A stretch of 64,000 nt of DNA from assembly GCA_963744995.1 (NCBI GenBank), contig CAVUWA010000010.1:672001-736000 (forward strand), given 5' to 3'. Below are positions 1-12,450 of the stretch, piece by piece (within the stretch, counting starts at the first letter, position 1; each line of letters starts with the position of its first letter). The translations under genes were made by a program, and so were the position numbers. The notes under the pieces were generated by a model, which saw only the letters and a program-made list of their open reading frames with translations, ran no database searches and was not told the origin of the DNA. This DNA comes from Candidatus Eiseniibacteriota bacterium. Lineage in GTDB: Bacteria > Eisenbacteria > RBG-16-71-46.

Positions 1-1
1 C

Positions 2-1573
2 AGATACATCGTCTTCAGCGTCCGGGAAGGTGACACGAAGCGGCTGTACCGCAGGGACCTCAACTCGTTCGTGATGACGCCGATCACCGGGACCGAGGGA
101 GGACAGGGGCCGTTCTTTTCGCCCGACGGAGCATGGATCGGCTTCGTGACGGGCGATGCCCTGAAAAAAGTGCCGGCTGCAGGGGGTGCCGCACAGATCG
201 TGGTCTCTCAAGGCCAGCTGGATGCCGCCGACTGGGGCCGCAACGGCATGATCTACTTCACCCCCCGAGCGGGCGGGACCGATGGCGTCACCGCCCTCGC
301 CCGCGTGCCGGAAACCGGCGGGAACGCCGAGGTGGTGGCGCAGCTCGACACGACGGCGGGCGAGTACGGGGCCTGGCTTCCCGAGATCCTCCCCGATGCC
401 AGGACGGTGCTGATCACCATCGCCAGCCGCCAGGGCTTCAGCATCGTCGCGGTGCGTCCGGATGGCACGCGCCACTCCGTCGTTCGCAACGCGCTGCTCG
501 CGCGCTACGTCCCTTCCGGGTACCTGCTCTATTTCGATTTCGATCCGTCGGCGACGCTCGCTGCGCCGTTCGATCCCGTGGCCGCGAAGATCACGGGGCC
601 GGCGGTGCCGATCACCGAATCGGTGGATGTCAATTACGCCTTCGACGTCGGCGCCGATGGCACCCTCGTCTACGTGCCGACCTCCGCCGAAGGACAGGGG
701 CTGGAAGTCGCCTGGATCGGCAGTGACGGCCGCTCCACGCCGGTCATGAACACCCGCGGGCGCTGGACTCAGCCGCGGATCGCGCCGGACGGCCACCGCA
801 TCCTCATGCGCAAGGTGGGCAATGCCTGTGAGCTCTGGATGTACGACCTCGATCGTGCAGTGCTCACGCGCGTGGCGGCCAGCGGCGACCTCCACTCGCC
901 GGTATGGAGCCCCGATGGCAGCCGGATCGCCTTCCGCCGGGAAGACGGAGAAGGCAGTCTGCACGTCATGCGTCTGGGCGGCGCGCGCCAGGATCGGACG
1001 GTTCTCGACGGCAGGGCTTCCGGCGAGCCTTGGTCGTGGTCGGCCGGCGGGAACCTGCTCGCGTTCACGAAGGGTGGTCGCGGCACGGCCAGGGACATCT
1101 ACGTCCTGCCGATGGACCGCGGCGCGTCGCCGATCCCGTTCCTCGTCACACCGAACAGCGAGAAGCATCCCTCGATTCACCCGAGCGGCCACTGGATCGC
1201 CTACGATTCCAACGAGACGGGCATGTCGGAGGTGTTCATCCGGCGCTACCCGGACACAGGCGACGTCTGGCAGGTCTCCACCGGAGGGGGCGCCGCGCCG
1301 CTCTGGTCACGGGACGGCCGGTCGCTGTACTTCCAGCGCGGGCGGGACCTCCTGCGCGTGGAGACCCGGACGGCGCCCTCGCTCACGATCGGGGAGCCTC
1401 AGCGGGTTGCGAAGGGCATCAGCGCCGGCGTGATCGGGCGGGCATACGACGTGGGTGCGGATGGGCGCGTCGTCTCGGTGCGGGCCCCCGGAGATGTCGC
1501 GCGGCTTCCCGCGATCCGCGTGCTGCTGCACTGGGAACAGGAGCTCGCCCGGTTGCAGGCGCCCGGGCACTGA
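2..1573 (+). CDS. TolB-like (PD40) beta-propeller protein, 5'-truncated; probably the C-terminal part of a Ser/Thr kinase-propeller protein
   Basis: Frame is open from base 2. Repeated PFFSPDG/WSPDG/WSRDG motifs; collinear with the C-terminal half of 7149-9830. Confidence 0.85.
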   Translation, partial: RYIVFSVREGDTKRLYRRDLNSFVMTPITGTEGGQGPFFSPDGAWIGFVTGDALKKVPAAGGAAQIVVSQGQLDAADWGRNGMIYFTPRAGGTDGVTALARVPETGGNAEVVAQLDTTAGEYGAWLPEILPDARTVLITIASRQGFSIVAVRPDGTRHSVVRNALLARYVPSGYLLYFDFDPSATLAAPFDPVAAKITGPAVPITESVDVNYAFDVGADGTLVYVPTSAEGQGLEVAWIGSDGRSTPVMNTRGRWTQPRIAPDGHRILMRKVGNACELWMYDLDRAVLTRVAASGDLHSPVWSPDGSRIAFRREDGEGSLHVMRLGGARQDRTVLDGRASGEPWSWSAGGNLLAFTKGGRGTARDIYVLPMDRGASPIPFLVTPNSEKHPSIHPSGHWIAYDSNETGMSEVFIRRYPDTGDVWQVSTGGGAAPLWSRDGRSLYFQRGRDLLRVETRTAPSLTIGEPQRVAKGISAGVIGRAYDVGADGRVVSVRAPGDVARLPAIRVLLHWEQELARLQAPGH

Positions 1574-1613
1574 AGCACCGGCCCGGCGGGCCGCGCCGAC
1601 CTGGGGCGGCTCC

Positions 1614-3555
<1,942 letters not shown>

Positions 3556-3637
3556 GGCGGCCTCCTCGAGCGGTCGAGCCGCACGGCGCGGCCCGCAACA
3601 GGTGGCCCAAGGCTAACCCGGGGCGCTGGTGGCGGGC

Positions 3638-3691
3638 GACGACTTTTCGTCCCGGCGCCCGACGAGAACTCGTCGACGACGAGATCCCGCC
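3638..3691. promoter_or_regulatory. Three tandem GACGA-N4-TCGTC palindromes, putative activator binding sites (UAS)
   Basis: GACGActttTCGTC at 3638-3651, GACGAgaacTCGTC at 3661-3674, GACGAgatcCCGCC at 3678-3691, 70-120 bp upstream of a -24/-12 promoter. Confidence 0.7.
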
Positions 3692-3759
3692 GCTGTTCCG
3701 GCCCGTGCGCTGGATCCATATCACACTGTCTCACTGCATGTTACGTGAATGGACCCCGC

Positions 3760-3774
3760 TGGCACGGACGGTGC
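3760..3774 (+). promoter_or_regulatory. Sigma54 -24/-12 promoter of the OsmC operon
   Basis: TGGCACGGACGGTGC (GG-N10-GC), next to a divergent sigma54 activator. Confidence 0.8.
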
Positions 3775-3838
3775 CCTGAGGGAACGCCGTACCGGGCAGC
3801 CGATCGGCGGCCGCCCATCACACCCGGAGGCACACGAG

Positions 3839-4417
3839 ATGACGCAGACCATGACGAAGCCCGAGCGCGGCCCCCTGAACGGCGTCGACGTCCCCACGCT
3901 GTTCGCCACGATCAACGCCGTGAAGGACCAGCCGGAGCTGGCGAAGGCGAAGTTCCGCGCCACGAATCACTGGCAGCAGGGCACCCACAGCAAGACCCGC
4001 ATCGAGGCGTTCGATGCCGCCGGCGGTGAGCACCAGCACGTGCGTGACTACACGTTCGACGCCGACCACCCCGAGGTGCTGGTCGGTCGCGACAACGGCC
4101 CGCTGCCGGTCGAGTACCTCCTGGTCGGCATCGCGTCATGCATCACCAGCGGCATCGGCAACATCGCCGCGGCACGCGGCGTGACGCTCTACGAGGTGGA
4201 ATCCACCGTCGAGGCCGACCTGGATCTGCAGGGCGTGCTCGGCCTGTCGGACGAGGTCCGGAACGGCTACTCGGGCATGACGGTGCGCTTCAAGATCCGC
4301 GGCGACGCGCCGGCCGAAAAGCTGCGCGAGATCGTCGAGCAGTCGAAGAACCGTTCGGCCGTGTACGACGTGCTCACCAACGGCACGAACGTCGCGATCG
4401 AGGTGGAAACGAAGTGA
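3839..4417 (+). CDS. OsmC family protein
   Basis: LNGVDV, DHPEVLVGRDNGPLPVEYLLVGIASC, DLQGVLGL motifs; GGAGG RBS before ATG 3839. Confidence 0.9.
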   Translation: MTQTMTKPERGPLNGVDVPTLFATINAVKDQPELAKAKFRATNHWQQGTHSKTRIEAFDAAGGEHQHVRDYTFDADHPEVLVGRDNGPLPVEYLLVGIASCITSGIGNIAAARGVTLYEVESTVEADLDLQGVLGLSDEVRNGYSGMTVRFKIRGDAPAEKLREIVEQSKNRSAVYDVLTNGTNVAIEVETK

Positions 4418-4549
4418 ACCTCCAACCGGGCAGCCGCCGGCCCGACGGCCTCGCGCCGCGGCCGGCGGCCCGCCCGAATGCGAAACCCGAAATCGAACTC
4501 GAAGTCCGGCGCGAGTCCGGGCGGCACGAAGACAAGGAGTGAGCGAATC

Positions 4550-5797
4550 ATGCGGAGCGCGGAAGCGATCGTGATCGGCGGCGGCCAGGCGGGACTCGCC
4601 ATGAGTCGCGCGCTCATGGACCGCGGCATCGGGCACGTCGTGCTCGAGCGCGGCCGGATCGCCGAGCGCTGGCGCTCTGAGCGCTGGGAGTCGCTGCGCA
4701 TGCTGACCCCGCGCTGGATGAGCCGGCTCCCCGGGTGGTCCTACCGCGGGCCGGATCCCAACGGCTTCATGGGCCGTAACGAGCTGATCGATTATCTCGA
4801 CGACTACGCGCGTTCGTTCGCCGCGCCGGTCGAGACCGGTGTGAGCGTGACGGGCGTCGCCCGCGACGGCACCGGCTACCGCGTCGCCACCACGCGTGGT
4901 GACTGGTGGGCGCCGAACGTCGTGCTGGCGACCGGCTATTGCGACCTGCCGAAGATCCCGGCGGCGGCGCGGGCGCTGGACGATCGCATCGTCCAGATCG
5001 CCCCATCTCGCTACCGCAAGGCGGAGCTGCTCAAGGAGGGCGGCGTGCTGATCGTGGGTGCGTCGGCGACCGGCGTGCAGCTCGCCGCCGAGATCCACGC
5101 GACGGGCCGGCCGGTGACGCTGGCGGTGAGCCGCCACACCCGGCTGCCGCGGCGCTATCGCGGCGCGGACATCATGGTGTGGCTCGACGCGATGGGCGTG
5201 TTCAACCAGACCGTGGACCAGGTGCCGAACCCCGAATCGTCGCGGGGCGCACCCAGTCTCCAGTTGATCGGCAGCGATGACCACCGCTCGGTGGACCTCG
5301 CGACACTGCAGGATTCGGGCGTGCGCCTGACCGGCCACGTCGCCGCGATCGACGGGGCGCGCGTCGGATTCGCAAACGACCTCGGCGCGCACGTCGGGAT
5401 CGCCGAGCGGCGGCTGGCGCAGCAGCTCGCGAGGATCGACGCCCACGTGCGCGGTCGCGGCCTCGACGGCGTCGTGCCCGAGGCGGAGCCGATGCGGCCG
5501 GTGCGGGCGGTCGCGGCGCCGGAGGCGCTCGACCTCGCAGCCGAGGGAATCCACACCGTGATCTGGGCGACCGGATTCAAGCGCAGCTACCCGTGGCTGC
5601 AGGTGCCGGTGCTGGACGAGCGCGGCGAGATCCGCCAGAAGGGCGGCGTGACGCCGGCGCCGGGCCTCTACGTGCTGGGCCAGTTCTTCCAGACCCGGCG
5701 TAATTCGAGCTTCATCGACGGCGTGGGTGTGGACGCCCGCACGATCGCCCGGCACATCGAACGCCACCACGCGCGCGTCCCGATTCGGGCGCGCTGA
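4550..5797 (+). CDS. Flavin-containing monooxygenase / TrkA-like FAD-dependent oxidoreductase
   Basis: IGGGQAGL, ERWRSERW, VGASATG and IWATGF motifs; AAGGAG RBS. Confidence 0.88.
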   Translation: MRSAEAIVIGGGQAGLAMSRALMDRGIGHVVLERGRIAERWRSERWESLRMLTPRWMSRLPGWSYRGPDPNGFMGRNELIDYLDDYARSFAAPVETGVSVTGVARDGTGYRVATTRGDWWAPNVVLATGYCDLPKIPAAARALDDRIVQIAPSRYRKAELLKEGGVLIVGASATGVQLAAEIHATGRPVTLAVSRHTRLPRRYRGADIMVWLDAMGVFNQTVDQVPNPESSRGAPSLQLIGSDDHRSVDLATLQDSGVRLTGHVAAIDGARVGFANDLGAHVGIAERRLAQQLARIDAHVRGRGLDGVVPEAEPMRPVRAVAAPEALDLAAEGIHTVIWATGFKRSYPWLQVPVLDERGEIRQKGGVTPAPGLYVLGQFFQTRRNSSFIDGVGVDARTIARHIERHHARVPIRAR

Positions 5798-5807
5798 GGA
5801 GACCGAC

Positions 5808-6995
5808 ATGCCTGCGACATTCGAGTCGAAGTACGACGTGGTCGTAGTGGGCGCACGGGTCGCCGGGGCCGCCACCGCGATGCAGCTCGCCCGCGCCGGA
5901 CTCAAGGTGCTGGCGGTGGACCGTGCGCGCTACGGCGCAGACACCGTGTCCACGCACGCGTTCATGCGCGGCGGCGTCGTGCTGCTCTCGCGCTGGGGGC
6001 TGCTGCCCGCGATCGAAGCGAGCGGCACGCCGGCCATCCGGAAGACCACGTTCCACTACGAAGACGAGGTGATCCCCGTCGACATCAAGCCGAAGGACGG
6101 CGTGGACGCGCTGTACGCGCCGCGCCGCACGGTGCTCGATGCGATCCTGGCCGACGCGGCCGCGCACTCGGGCGCCGACGTCCGCTTCGGAACGAAGCTC
6201 GTGGACGTGATGCGCGACGGCGGCGGTCGAGTGACCGGCGTGCTGATCGAGAATGCGCACGGCGAGATGTCGCGCGTGTGCGCGGACCTGGTGATCGGCG
6301 CAGACGGGGTGAAGTCACCCATGGCGAAACTGGTCCAGGCGCCCGTGCTGGTGCAGGGCACCGTCGTCGGCGGCGTCGCCTACGGCTACTGGTCCGGCCT
6401 CGGGCTCGACGGATACCACTGGCACTACGCGCCCGGCGTCGGCGCCGGCGCGATCCCGACCACCGGCGGCGACACGCTGATCTTCGCCTCCGCGCCCGGC
6501 GACTCGTTCCGCAGCGAAGGTCGCTCGGACCTGAACGGATGGTTCCGGCGAACGCTGGCGAAGGGCGCACCCGGGCTCGCCGCGCGCACCCTGAACCGGG
6601 CGCCGGTCGAGCCGCTGCTTGGATTCCCCGGCACGCCCGGCTACATCCGCCAGGCGCACGGCCCCGGCTGGGCGCTGGTCGGCGACGCGGGCTTCTTCCG
6701 CGACCCGATCACCGCGCACGGCATGACCGACGCGCTGCGCGACTCGAGCCTGCTGGTCGAGGCGTACGTCGCGCGCGGCGAGTCGGGGCTCACCGACTAC
6801 CAGCGCGAGCGCGAGCCGTGGGCCCGCGAGATGCTGGGCGTCACCGACGGCGTCGCCGCCTACGACTGGACGATGGACGAGGCCAGGGTGCTCCACAAGC
6901 GCCTGAGCAAGATGATGTCGCGCGAGTCGACGATGCTGGCGGAGCGCGCGTGGAACGAGGGCGTGGCGGGGAGGGCAGCAAGTCCTGCGGCATAG
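5808..6995 (+). CDS. FAD-dependent oxidoreductase (monooxygenase / geranylgeranyl-reductase-like)
   Basis: VVGARVAG, GADG and LVGDAGFFRDPITAHG motifs. Confidence 0.88.
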   Translation: MPATFESKYDVVVVGARVAGAATAMQLARAGLKVLAVDRARYGADTVSTHAFMRGGVVLLSRWGLLPAIEASGTPAIRKTTFHYEDEVIPVDIKPKDGVDALYAPRRTVLDAILADAAAHSGADVRFGTKLVDVMRDGGGRVTGVLIENAHGEMSRVCADLVIGADGVKSPMAKLVQAPVLVQGTVVGGVAYGYWSGLGLDGYHWHYAPGVGAGAIPTTGGDTLIFASAPGDSFRSEGRSDLNGWFRRTLAKGAPGLAARTLNRAPVEPLLGFPGTPGYIRQAHGPGWALVGDAGFFRDPITAHGMTDALRDSSLLVEAYVARGESGLTDYQREREPWAREMLGVTDGVAAYDWTMDEARVLHKRLSKMMSRESTMLAERAWNEGVAGRAASPAA

Positions 6996-7148
6996 CTTCA
7001 GGCGCCGACGCCTTTGAAACCTCCGGTGAAGAACCAGACCACGCTGTCCGCCGGATTCCATGTGGCGTCATGGGATCCAGCCTATCCCGGACAACGTCCA
7101 GCGCGCATTGCGCGTTGCGCCCCCGTCGGTCTGTTGTAGATTCTCGCG

Positions 7149-9830
7149 GTGCCGCTCTCCCCTGGCAGTTCGCTCGGCCCCTATGAAGTGCTCGCGCCGC
7201 TCGGCGCGGGCGGCATGGGCGAAGTCTATCGCGCGCGCGACACGCGGCTCGGCCGCGACGTCGCGATCAAGGTGCTGCCCGCGCACCTGAGCCAGCGTCC
7301 CGAGGTGCGCGCTCGTTTCGAGCGCGAGGCGAAGACCATCTCGAGCCTGAACCACCCGAACATCTGCGCGCTCTACGACATCGGCCGTGAAGGCGACGTC
7401 GATTTCCTGGTGATGGAACTGGTCGAGGGCGAAACGCTCGCGACACGGCTCGAAAAGGGTCCGTTGCCGCTCCTCGAAGTCATGAGGACCGGCGCGCAGA
7501 TCGCCGACGCGCTCGATCGCGCGCATCGCGCCGGGGTCGTGCACCGGGACTTGAAGCCCGGCAACGTCATGCTCACCCGTGCGGGCGCAAAGCTCCTCGA
7601 CTTCGGCCTCGCGCGCGCCACCGGCATGGCCGGCCCCGCGAGCGGTTCGGGCGTCACGGTCGCGGCGCTCAGCCAGTCGCCGACCGTCGCCCAGCCCCTG
7701 ACCGCCGAGGGCACGATCGTCGGCACGTTCCAGTACATGGCGCCCGAGCAGCTCGAAGGCCGTGAGGCCGACGCGCGGGCCGACATCTGGGCGTTCGGCT
7801 GCATGCTGTACGAGATGGCCACCGGCCGCCGTGCGTTCGACGGCCAGAGCCAGGCCAGCCTGATCGGCTCGATCATGAAGGACGAGCCGCGCCCGCTCGC
7901 CGAGGTCGCACCTCTCGCGCCGCCCGCGCTCGACCGCGTGGTGCGCCGCTGCCTCGCGAAAGACCCCGACGACCGCTGGCAGTCGGCCGCCGACATGAAG
8001 CATGAGCTCGACTGGATCACGCAGAGTTCGAGCCAGAGCGGCGTCGCCGCGCCCCTGCACGCGAAGCGCAGGAGGAAGCTCGGTGCGGTCGGCGGCGCGC
8101 TGATCGGCGCGGCAGTCGCCGCGATCGCGCTGCTGCTGGTGTTCCAGCCGTGGCGTGCGAAGCAGGGCGAGCCTTTGCTCGTGCGCTTCCCGGTGCGCGC
8201 GCCGGTCGGGCAGATCATGAGCCCGCCCGCCGAGGCCGCGATCTCGCCCGACGGGCAGACGATCGCCTTCGTGACGTTCGATTCGACCGGCACGCGGCTC
8301 TTCCTGCGGCCGCTCGGCCAGCTCGATTCGCGCCGCCTCGCCGGCACCGACGGCGCGCACCTGCCGTTCTGGTCGCCGGACGGCAAGTGGATCGGGTTCT
8401 TTTCGCAGGGCAAGCTGCGCAAGGTCGCGCTCGACGGCAGCGCGCCGCTCGAGCTGTGCGACGCGACCGACGCGCGCGGCGGAAGCTGGGCGCCGAACGG
8501 CACGATCCTGTTCGTTCCGAACAACCAGGGGGGCGTCTGGCGCGTGTCGGCCGGCGGCGGCGCACCGGTGGCCGTGACCACGGTGGACACCGCGAACGGC
8601 GAGCGCGGCCACCGCTACCCACAGTTCCTCCCCGACGGCAAACACTTCCTGTACGTCGCGATCGGCGGCGGCGACCAGCAGGTCACGTACGCGATGTCGG
8701 TGGACGGCGGCAAACCGAAGAAGGTGCTGCAGGGCGGTTCGGGCGGCGTCTACGCGCCACCGGGCTATCTGCTGTACCTCGACGCCGGCGTGAATGCCCC
8801 GCGGCGCAGGCTGCTCGCGCGGCGCTTCGACGCCGCGAAGCTCGTGACCAGCGGCGATGCGCTGCTGGTGCTGGACAGGGTGAGCGCCAACAACTTCGGC
8901 TACGCGAACGTCGCCGCCAGTCCGCAGGGCACGCTGGTCGTCCAGCACTGGGCCGGCGTGCGGACGCGGCTCGAATGGCGCGACCGCAGCGGCAGGGTGC
9001 TGTCGGTGGCAGCCGACGATCTGTCGGACGGCACGGAGCTGTCACTCGCTCCCGACGGGCACCGGATCGCGTTCGGCAGCGCCGAGCCGCCCGACCTGTA
9101 TGCGCTGGATCTCGACGGCGGAGTGCCGGCGCGGCTGACGTTCGAGGAGAAGCTCATCAGCAACCCCGCGTGGTCCCGCGATGGCAGGCGGATCGCCTTC
9201 GGACGCCTGTTCGGCTCCGGCCGATGGGACACGTACGTGAAGAACGCCGACGGCACCGGGGCCGACTCGCTGCTGATTCACGGCCCGGGCATCTTCGCGT
9301 TTCCGGTGTCGTGGTCGCCGGATGGGCGCTGGATGCTGGCCAACATTTCCGATGTCCACGGCCTCTACAGCTTCTGGAAGGTGCCGCTGGACGGCAGCGG
9401 TCCATGGCAGATGTACGACAAGACCACCGCCGGCGCCGTCGGCGGCGACATCTCACCCGACGGCGCCTGGGCAGCCACCATCGCCACCGGCTCCGACAAC
9501 AGGAATGCGCTCACCGTGCAGTCGTTCCCCAATCCCGGGGCGCGCTACCAGATCGGTGTCGACGATCCACAGCAGGTGTTCTGGAGCCCCCGGGGCAGCG
9601 AGCTGATCGTCGTCGAAGCGGGTGGCAAGGTCGTTTCCGTGCCCGTGTCCACCGAGGGCGGCTTCCGCCAGGGCGCCGCGCGAAAGCTGTTCCAGCTCAG
9701 GCGCGACGAATTCATCCAGGGCGTGAGCCCCGACGGCCAGCGGATCCTCGTCAGCGTCGTGCTCGACGTGTCGAACCTGATCTCGCTGGAAGTCGTGATG
9801 GGGTGGGAGGGGTTGCTGAAGGGGAGGTAG
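7149..9830 (+). CDS. Hanks-type Ser/Thr protein kinase with a TM segment and TolB-like beta-propeller
   Basis: LGAGGMGEVY, VAIK, HRDLKPGN, DFGLA and YMAPE motifs; hydrophobic segment; SPDG repeats. Confidence 0.95.
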   Translation: MPLSPGSSLGPYEVLAPLGAGGMGEVYRARDTRLGRDVAIKVLPAHLSQRPEVRARFEREAKTISSLNHPNICALYDIGREGDVDFLVMELVEGETLATRLEKGPLPLLEVMRTGAQIADALDRAHRAGVVHRDLKPGNVMLTRAGAKLLDFGLARATGMAGPASGSGVTVAALSQSPTVAQPLTAEGTIVGTFQYMAPEQLEGREADARADIWAFGCMLYEMATGRRAFDGQSQASLIGSIMKDEPRPLAEVAPLAPPALDRVVRRCLAKDPDDRWQSAADMKHELDWITQSSSQSGVAAPLHAKRRRKLGAVGGALIGAAVAAIALLLVFQPWRAKQGEPLLVRFPVRAPVGQIMSPPAEAAISPDGQTIAFVTFDSTGTRLFLRPLGQLDSRRLAGTDGAHLPFWSPDGKWIGFFSQGKLRKVALDGSAPLELCDATDARGGSWAPNGTILFVPNNQGGVWRVSAGGGAPVAVTTVDTANGERGHRYPQFLPDGKHFLYVAIGGGDQQVTYAMSVDGGKPKKVLQGGSGGVYAPPGYLLYLDAGVNAPRRRLLARRFDAAKLVTSGDALLVLDRVSANNFGYANVAASPQGTLVVQHWAGVRTRLEWRDRSGRVLSVAADDLSDGTELSLAPDGHRIAFGSAEPPDLYALDLDGGVPARLTFEEKLISNPAWSRDGRRIAFGRLFGSGRWDTYVKNADGTGADSLLIHGPGIFAFPVSWSPDGRWMLANISDVHGLYSFWKVPLDGSGPWQMYDKTTAGAVGGDISPDGAWAATIATGSDNRNALTVQSFPNPGARYQIGVDDPQQVFWSPRGSELIVVEAGGKVVSVPVSTEGGFRQGAARKLFQLRRDEFIQGVSPDGQRILVSVVLDVSNLISLEVVMGWEGLLKGR

Positions 9831-9997
9831 GGTGACTATGGAGCGGATTCCGTGAGATCATACCAACAATTGCTGTTCGCATAGGAACTCTGCCGCTCGG
9901 TCTCAAGAGCTCGCCGGCCGCATCGTGCGCAGCTCGTCACTCTTGCTCGAGTGGGCGTCCAAAGAGATCCCGCACGCCATCTGCCCGAGGTGATCGC

Positions 9998-11593
9998 GTG
10001 AGTCTGAGCAAGGTAGTCACGGGCTTACCCGACGGTCGAAACCCCTGGATTGCCAGAGTTGTTGTCGGGGTGATCCTCGCAGTCGCCCTCTTTTGTGGGC
10101 TGATGATGCTGAGCACCTTCCACGGGGATCCGACGATCTATCTGGTCTATTCGAAGAACATCGCCGCAGGCCGGATCTTCACATTCAACCCGGGGCAGTT
10201 CTCTTCCGGTAGCACATCTCCGCTCTGGGCCATCTTGCTTGCTGCTGGATGGCTAACTCCAAGTCCCGTGCTGACAGCCAAACTCATCAGTTTGGCATTC
10301 ACGATCGCGTCGATTCTGCTCGTTTACCACGTGCTGCGCCGGATCAGCGGTCTGGCCCTCGGTGCTTCAATCGCGACGCTGTTCATTGCGGTCCACCTCA
10401 TGATTCCGTCCGCTCTGATGTACGAGTCCGCCTTGATCGTGGGACTAGTGTGCCTTCTCACTCTATTAACCTGGCGAGTGATTGATGATTCGTCGGAGAT
10501 ACGAGTCGGGGTCTGGGTCCGACTGGGCTTCATTTCTGCAATGATCCCCCTTGCTCGACCGGACGCCGTCATCCTCGTTGTTGCCTCGGCCACAGTGATT
10601 GCCGGTTCTCTGACGTCCCGCCGGCACTATGGGGCCCTGCGTGCCGCCGCCGTTACGTTCTGCGTCTCCGCACTCCCAAGCGTCATCTATTTCGGTACCT
10701 CGTGGGTGCTGCTGGGGTCGTTTTCCGTCTCGAGCTATTGCAGGGCATTCGCGCTTCGCGAATTTGCTCCGCGGGTGTTCGGCGTCCCCTACTCGGCACT
10801 GTCGCTTCGGTTCTTCCTAGGTTCCCCCGTCATCATCTACACGCTCGCAGCAGCGTGGGGCATTCATGGGCTACTTCGTGGAAATCGCCGCGCGCTCGGC
10901 TGGCTGGCCATGCTGGGCGGTTTCGCCTACGTTGGCCTCTTCTCCCTGGCCTCACCCATTGGACTCGGTCCTATTGGAACAGGTATCGATCGCTACGTCC
11001 TGCCGATCTTGCCCCTGGGTGCCATGGCTGCAATCGTTCCTCTGGACAACCTTGCCACGGCGGCCATTCGAGACCGCAGATACCTAGTGCTCCTGATTGC
11101 GGCATCCGTGCTGCTGCTATTCCCATTGGGAACCAACGCACTCACTGCCATCCATCAGAGCAGGCGCGGCCTCTCATTCGATGTCATCACGGAGCACGAT
11201 CTCGTCGCACGTTTCGGTCGTATCGCTGCCGTGGGGTCAAGAGCCCTGATCTACGAGGTGCAGGACCGCTATTTCCTTCGGCCAGACATCGACGTACTCA
11301 GCCTCGACGGAATTACGGACGGCCGCGTCGCGCCGTACCTGAAGTCCGCCGACATCATTGGATTCCTCCGCCGCTATCGCCCCCGGTACTGGTTCGCCAA
11401 TGGAGTGGTGGACGAGCGGCCGTATCTCGAAAAGAGCATCTTGCAACGCGCACTCCATGCGGCGGTGGGCGGGAATCGGGACTTCGAGGAGCAGGGCCTG
11501 CGATTCAAGGTTCTGCTGGAGCGAAAGAGACCGTTGATCAAGGGCTTCGCTGGCTGTCGCTACGTCTTCGAGATCGAGTACGGAGAAACGTGA
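9998..11593 (+). CDS. Polytopic membrane protein, probable GT-C fold glycosyltransferase
   Basis: D..IYLVYSKNIAAG, GSTSPLW, ARPD and DGITD motifs; many TM segments; visibly lower GC than the flanks. Confidence 0.7.
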   Translation: MSLSKVVTGLPDGRNPWIARVVVGVILAVALFCGLMMLSTFHGDPTIYLVYSKNIAAGRIFTFNPGQFSSGSTSPLWAILLAAGWLTPSPVLTAKLISLAFTIASILLVYHVLRRISGLALGASIATLFIAVHLMIPSALMYESALIVGLVCLLTLLTWRVIDDSSEIRVGVWVRLGFISAMIPLARPDAVILVVASATVIAGSLTSRRHYGALRAAAVTFCVSALPSVIYFGTSWVLLGSFSVSSYCRAFALREFAPRVFGVPYSALSLRFFLGSPVIIYTLAAAWGIHGLLRGNRRALGWLAMLGGFAYVGLFSLASPIGLGPIGTGIDRYVLPILPLGAMAAIVPLDNLATAAIRDRRYLVLLIAASVLLLFPLGTNALTAIHQSRRGLSFDVITEHDLVARFGRIAAVGSRALIYEVQDRYFLRPDIDVLSLDGITDGRVAPYLKSADIIGFLRRYRPRYWFANGVVDERPYLEKSILQRALHAAVGGNRDFEEQGLRFKVLLERKRPLIKGFAGCRYVFEIEYGET

Positions 11594-11637
11594 GGTTGGG
11601 GTTGAAGGTGAAGAGCCGCGCCACCCTCCGCCCCTGA

Positions 11638-12378
11638 CTACTCGACGAGCTCCCGCAGAGGAGCTGCCAGCCGTCTCGCGAGACCGTGATCGATCCGCTC
11701 GATCTCTGCGACCAACGCATCGGTGACGGCGGCAAAGGCCCGCCGGAGCTCGTTCGGGTTCAGTGACCGCACCAGTGCATCGGCGAGCGCGTTGGCGGCC
11801 TCGGGCGGCAACCGGTCGATGCCGCGCGCCTGAACCGCCGGCAGCCCGTGGCGCAGGCACGCGAGTGCCAGCACCTGATCGCGGATGCCGCTGATCATGT
11901 ACTCCGCCTGCCACACCCGGCCACGGGCGATGGCGGATCGCGCGTGCAGCGCGTAGAGCCAGGCCATGCCGATCAGCCCGATGGCGGTAGGCGCCGGCGG
12001 CGCCGGGCGCTCGTGCGCCGTTCCGAACAGGAGCTTGAACGTCGGCCCGATGGCGCCGAACTCCGTCGCCGGCCAGAAGGCGATGTCCACCTGCAGCGTG
12101 CTCGCGAGCAGGAAGACGCGGAAGAGCGTGGCGCCGAAGCGCACGTCCGTGTGGTGGACGACGCCGTGATCCCGATACATCCGCTCGGTCCAGTCGGCGA
12201 CGACCTGGCTGTAGTCCGCGTCGGCCGCAACCGCGAGCGCGAGGTCGATGTCGGACCACTCGTCTTCGCGCCCGAGCGCCGCCGAGCCCGTGAGAGCGGC
12301 GCCCGTCACGCGTGAGTCGTCGCGCGCGGCGGCGATCAGGGTGTCGCGGAGCTGAGTGCGGGCTTCGGGGGTGAACAT
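11638..12378 (-). CDS. Nucleotidyltransferase domain protein
   Basis: GSAALGREDEWSDIDL pol-beta NTase motif. Confidence 0.85.
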   Translation of the reverse strand: MFTPEARTQLRDTLIAAARDDSRVTGAALTGSAALGREDEWSDIDLALAVAADADYSQVVADWTERMYRDHGVVHHTDVRFGATLFRVFLLASTLQVDIAFWPATEFGAIGPTFKLLFGTAHERPAPPAPTAIGLIGMAWLYALHARSAIARGRVWQAEYMISGIRDQVLALACLRHGLPAVQARGIDRLPPEAANALADALVRSLNPNELRRAFAAVTDALVAEIERIDHGLARRLAAPLRELVE

Positions 12379-12450
12379 GGTGCGGGCGGTGGAGTCTCCG
12401 CGCGTCGGATAGGAACCAGGCCATTGCCTCTCAACTGGACCTGGCGGAGA

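Noticed and set aside
9998..11593. GT-C gene as an integron cassette
   Set aside because: It has lower GC, but no attC-like structure was found after its stop and it is oriented opposite to the array.
11638..12378. NTase as part of a CBASS or MNT-HEPN defence system
   Set aside because: No adjacent effector or HEPN gene was found; it looks like a stand-alone NTase.
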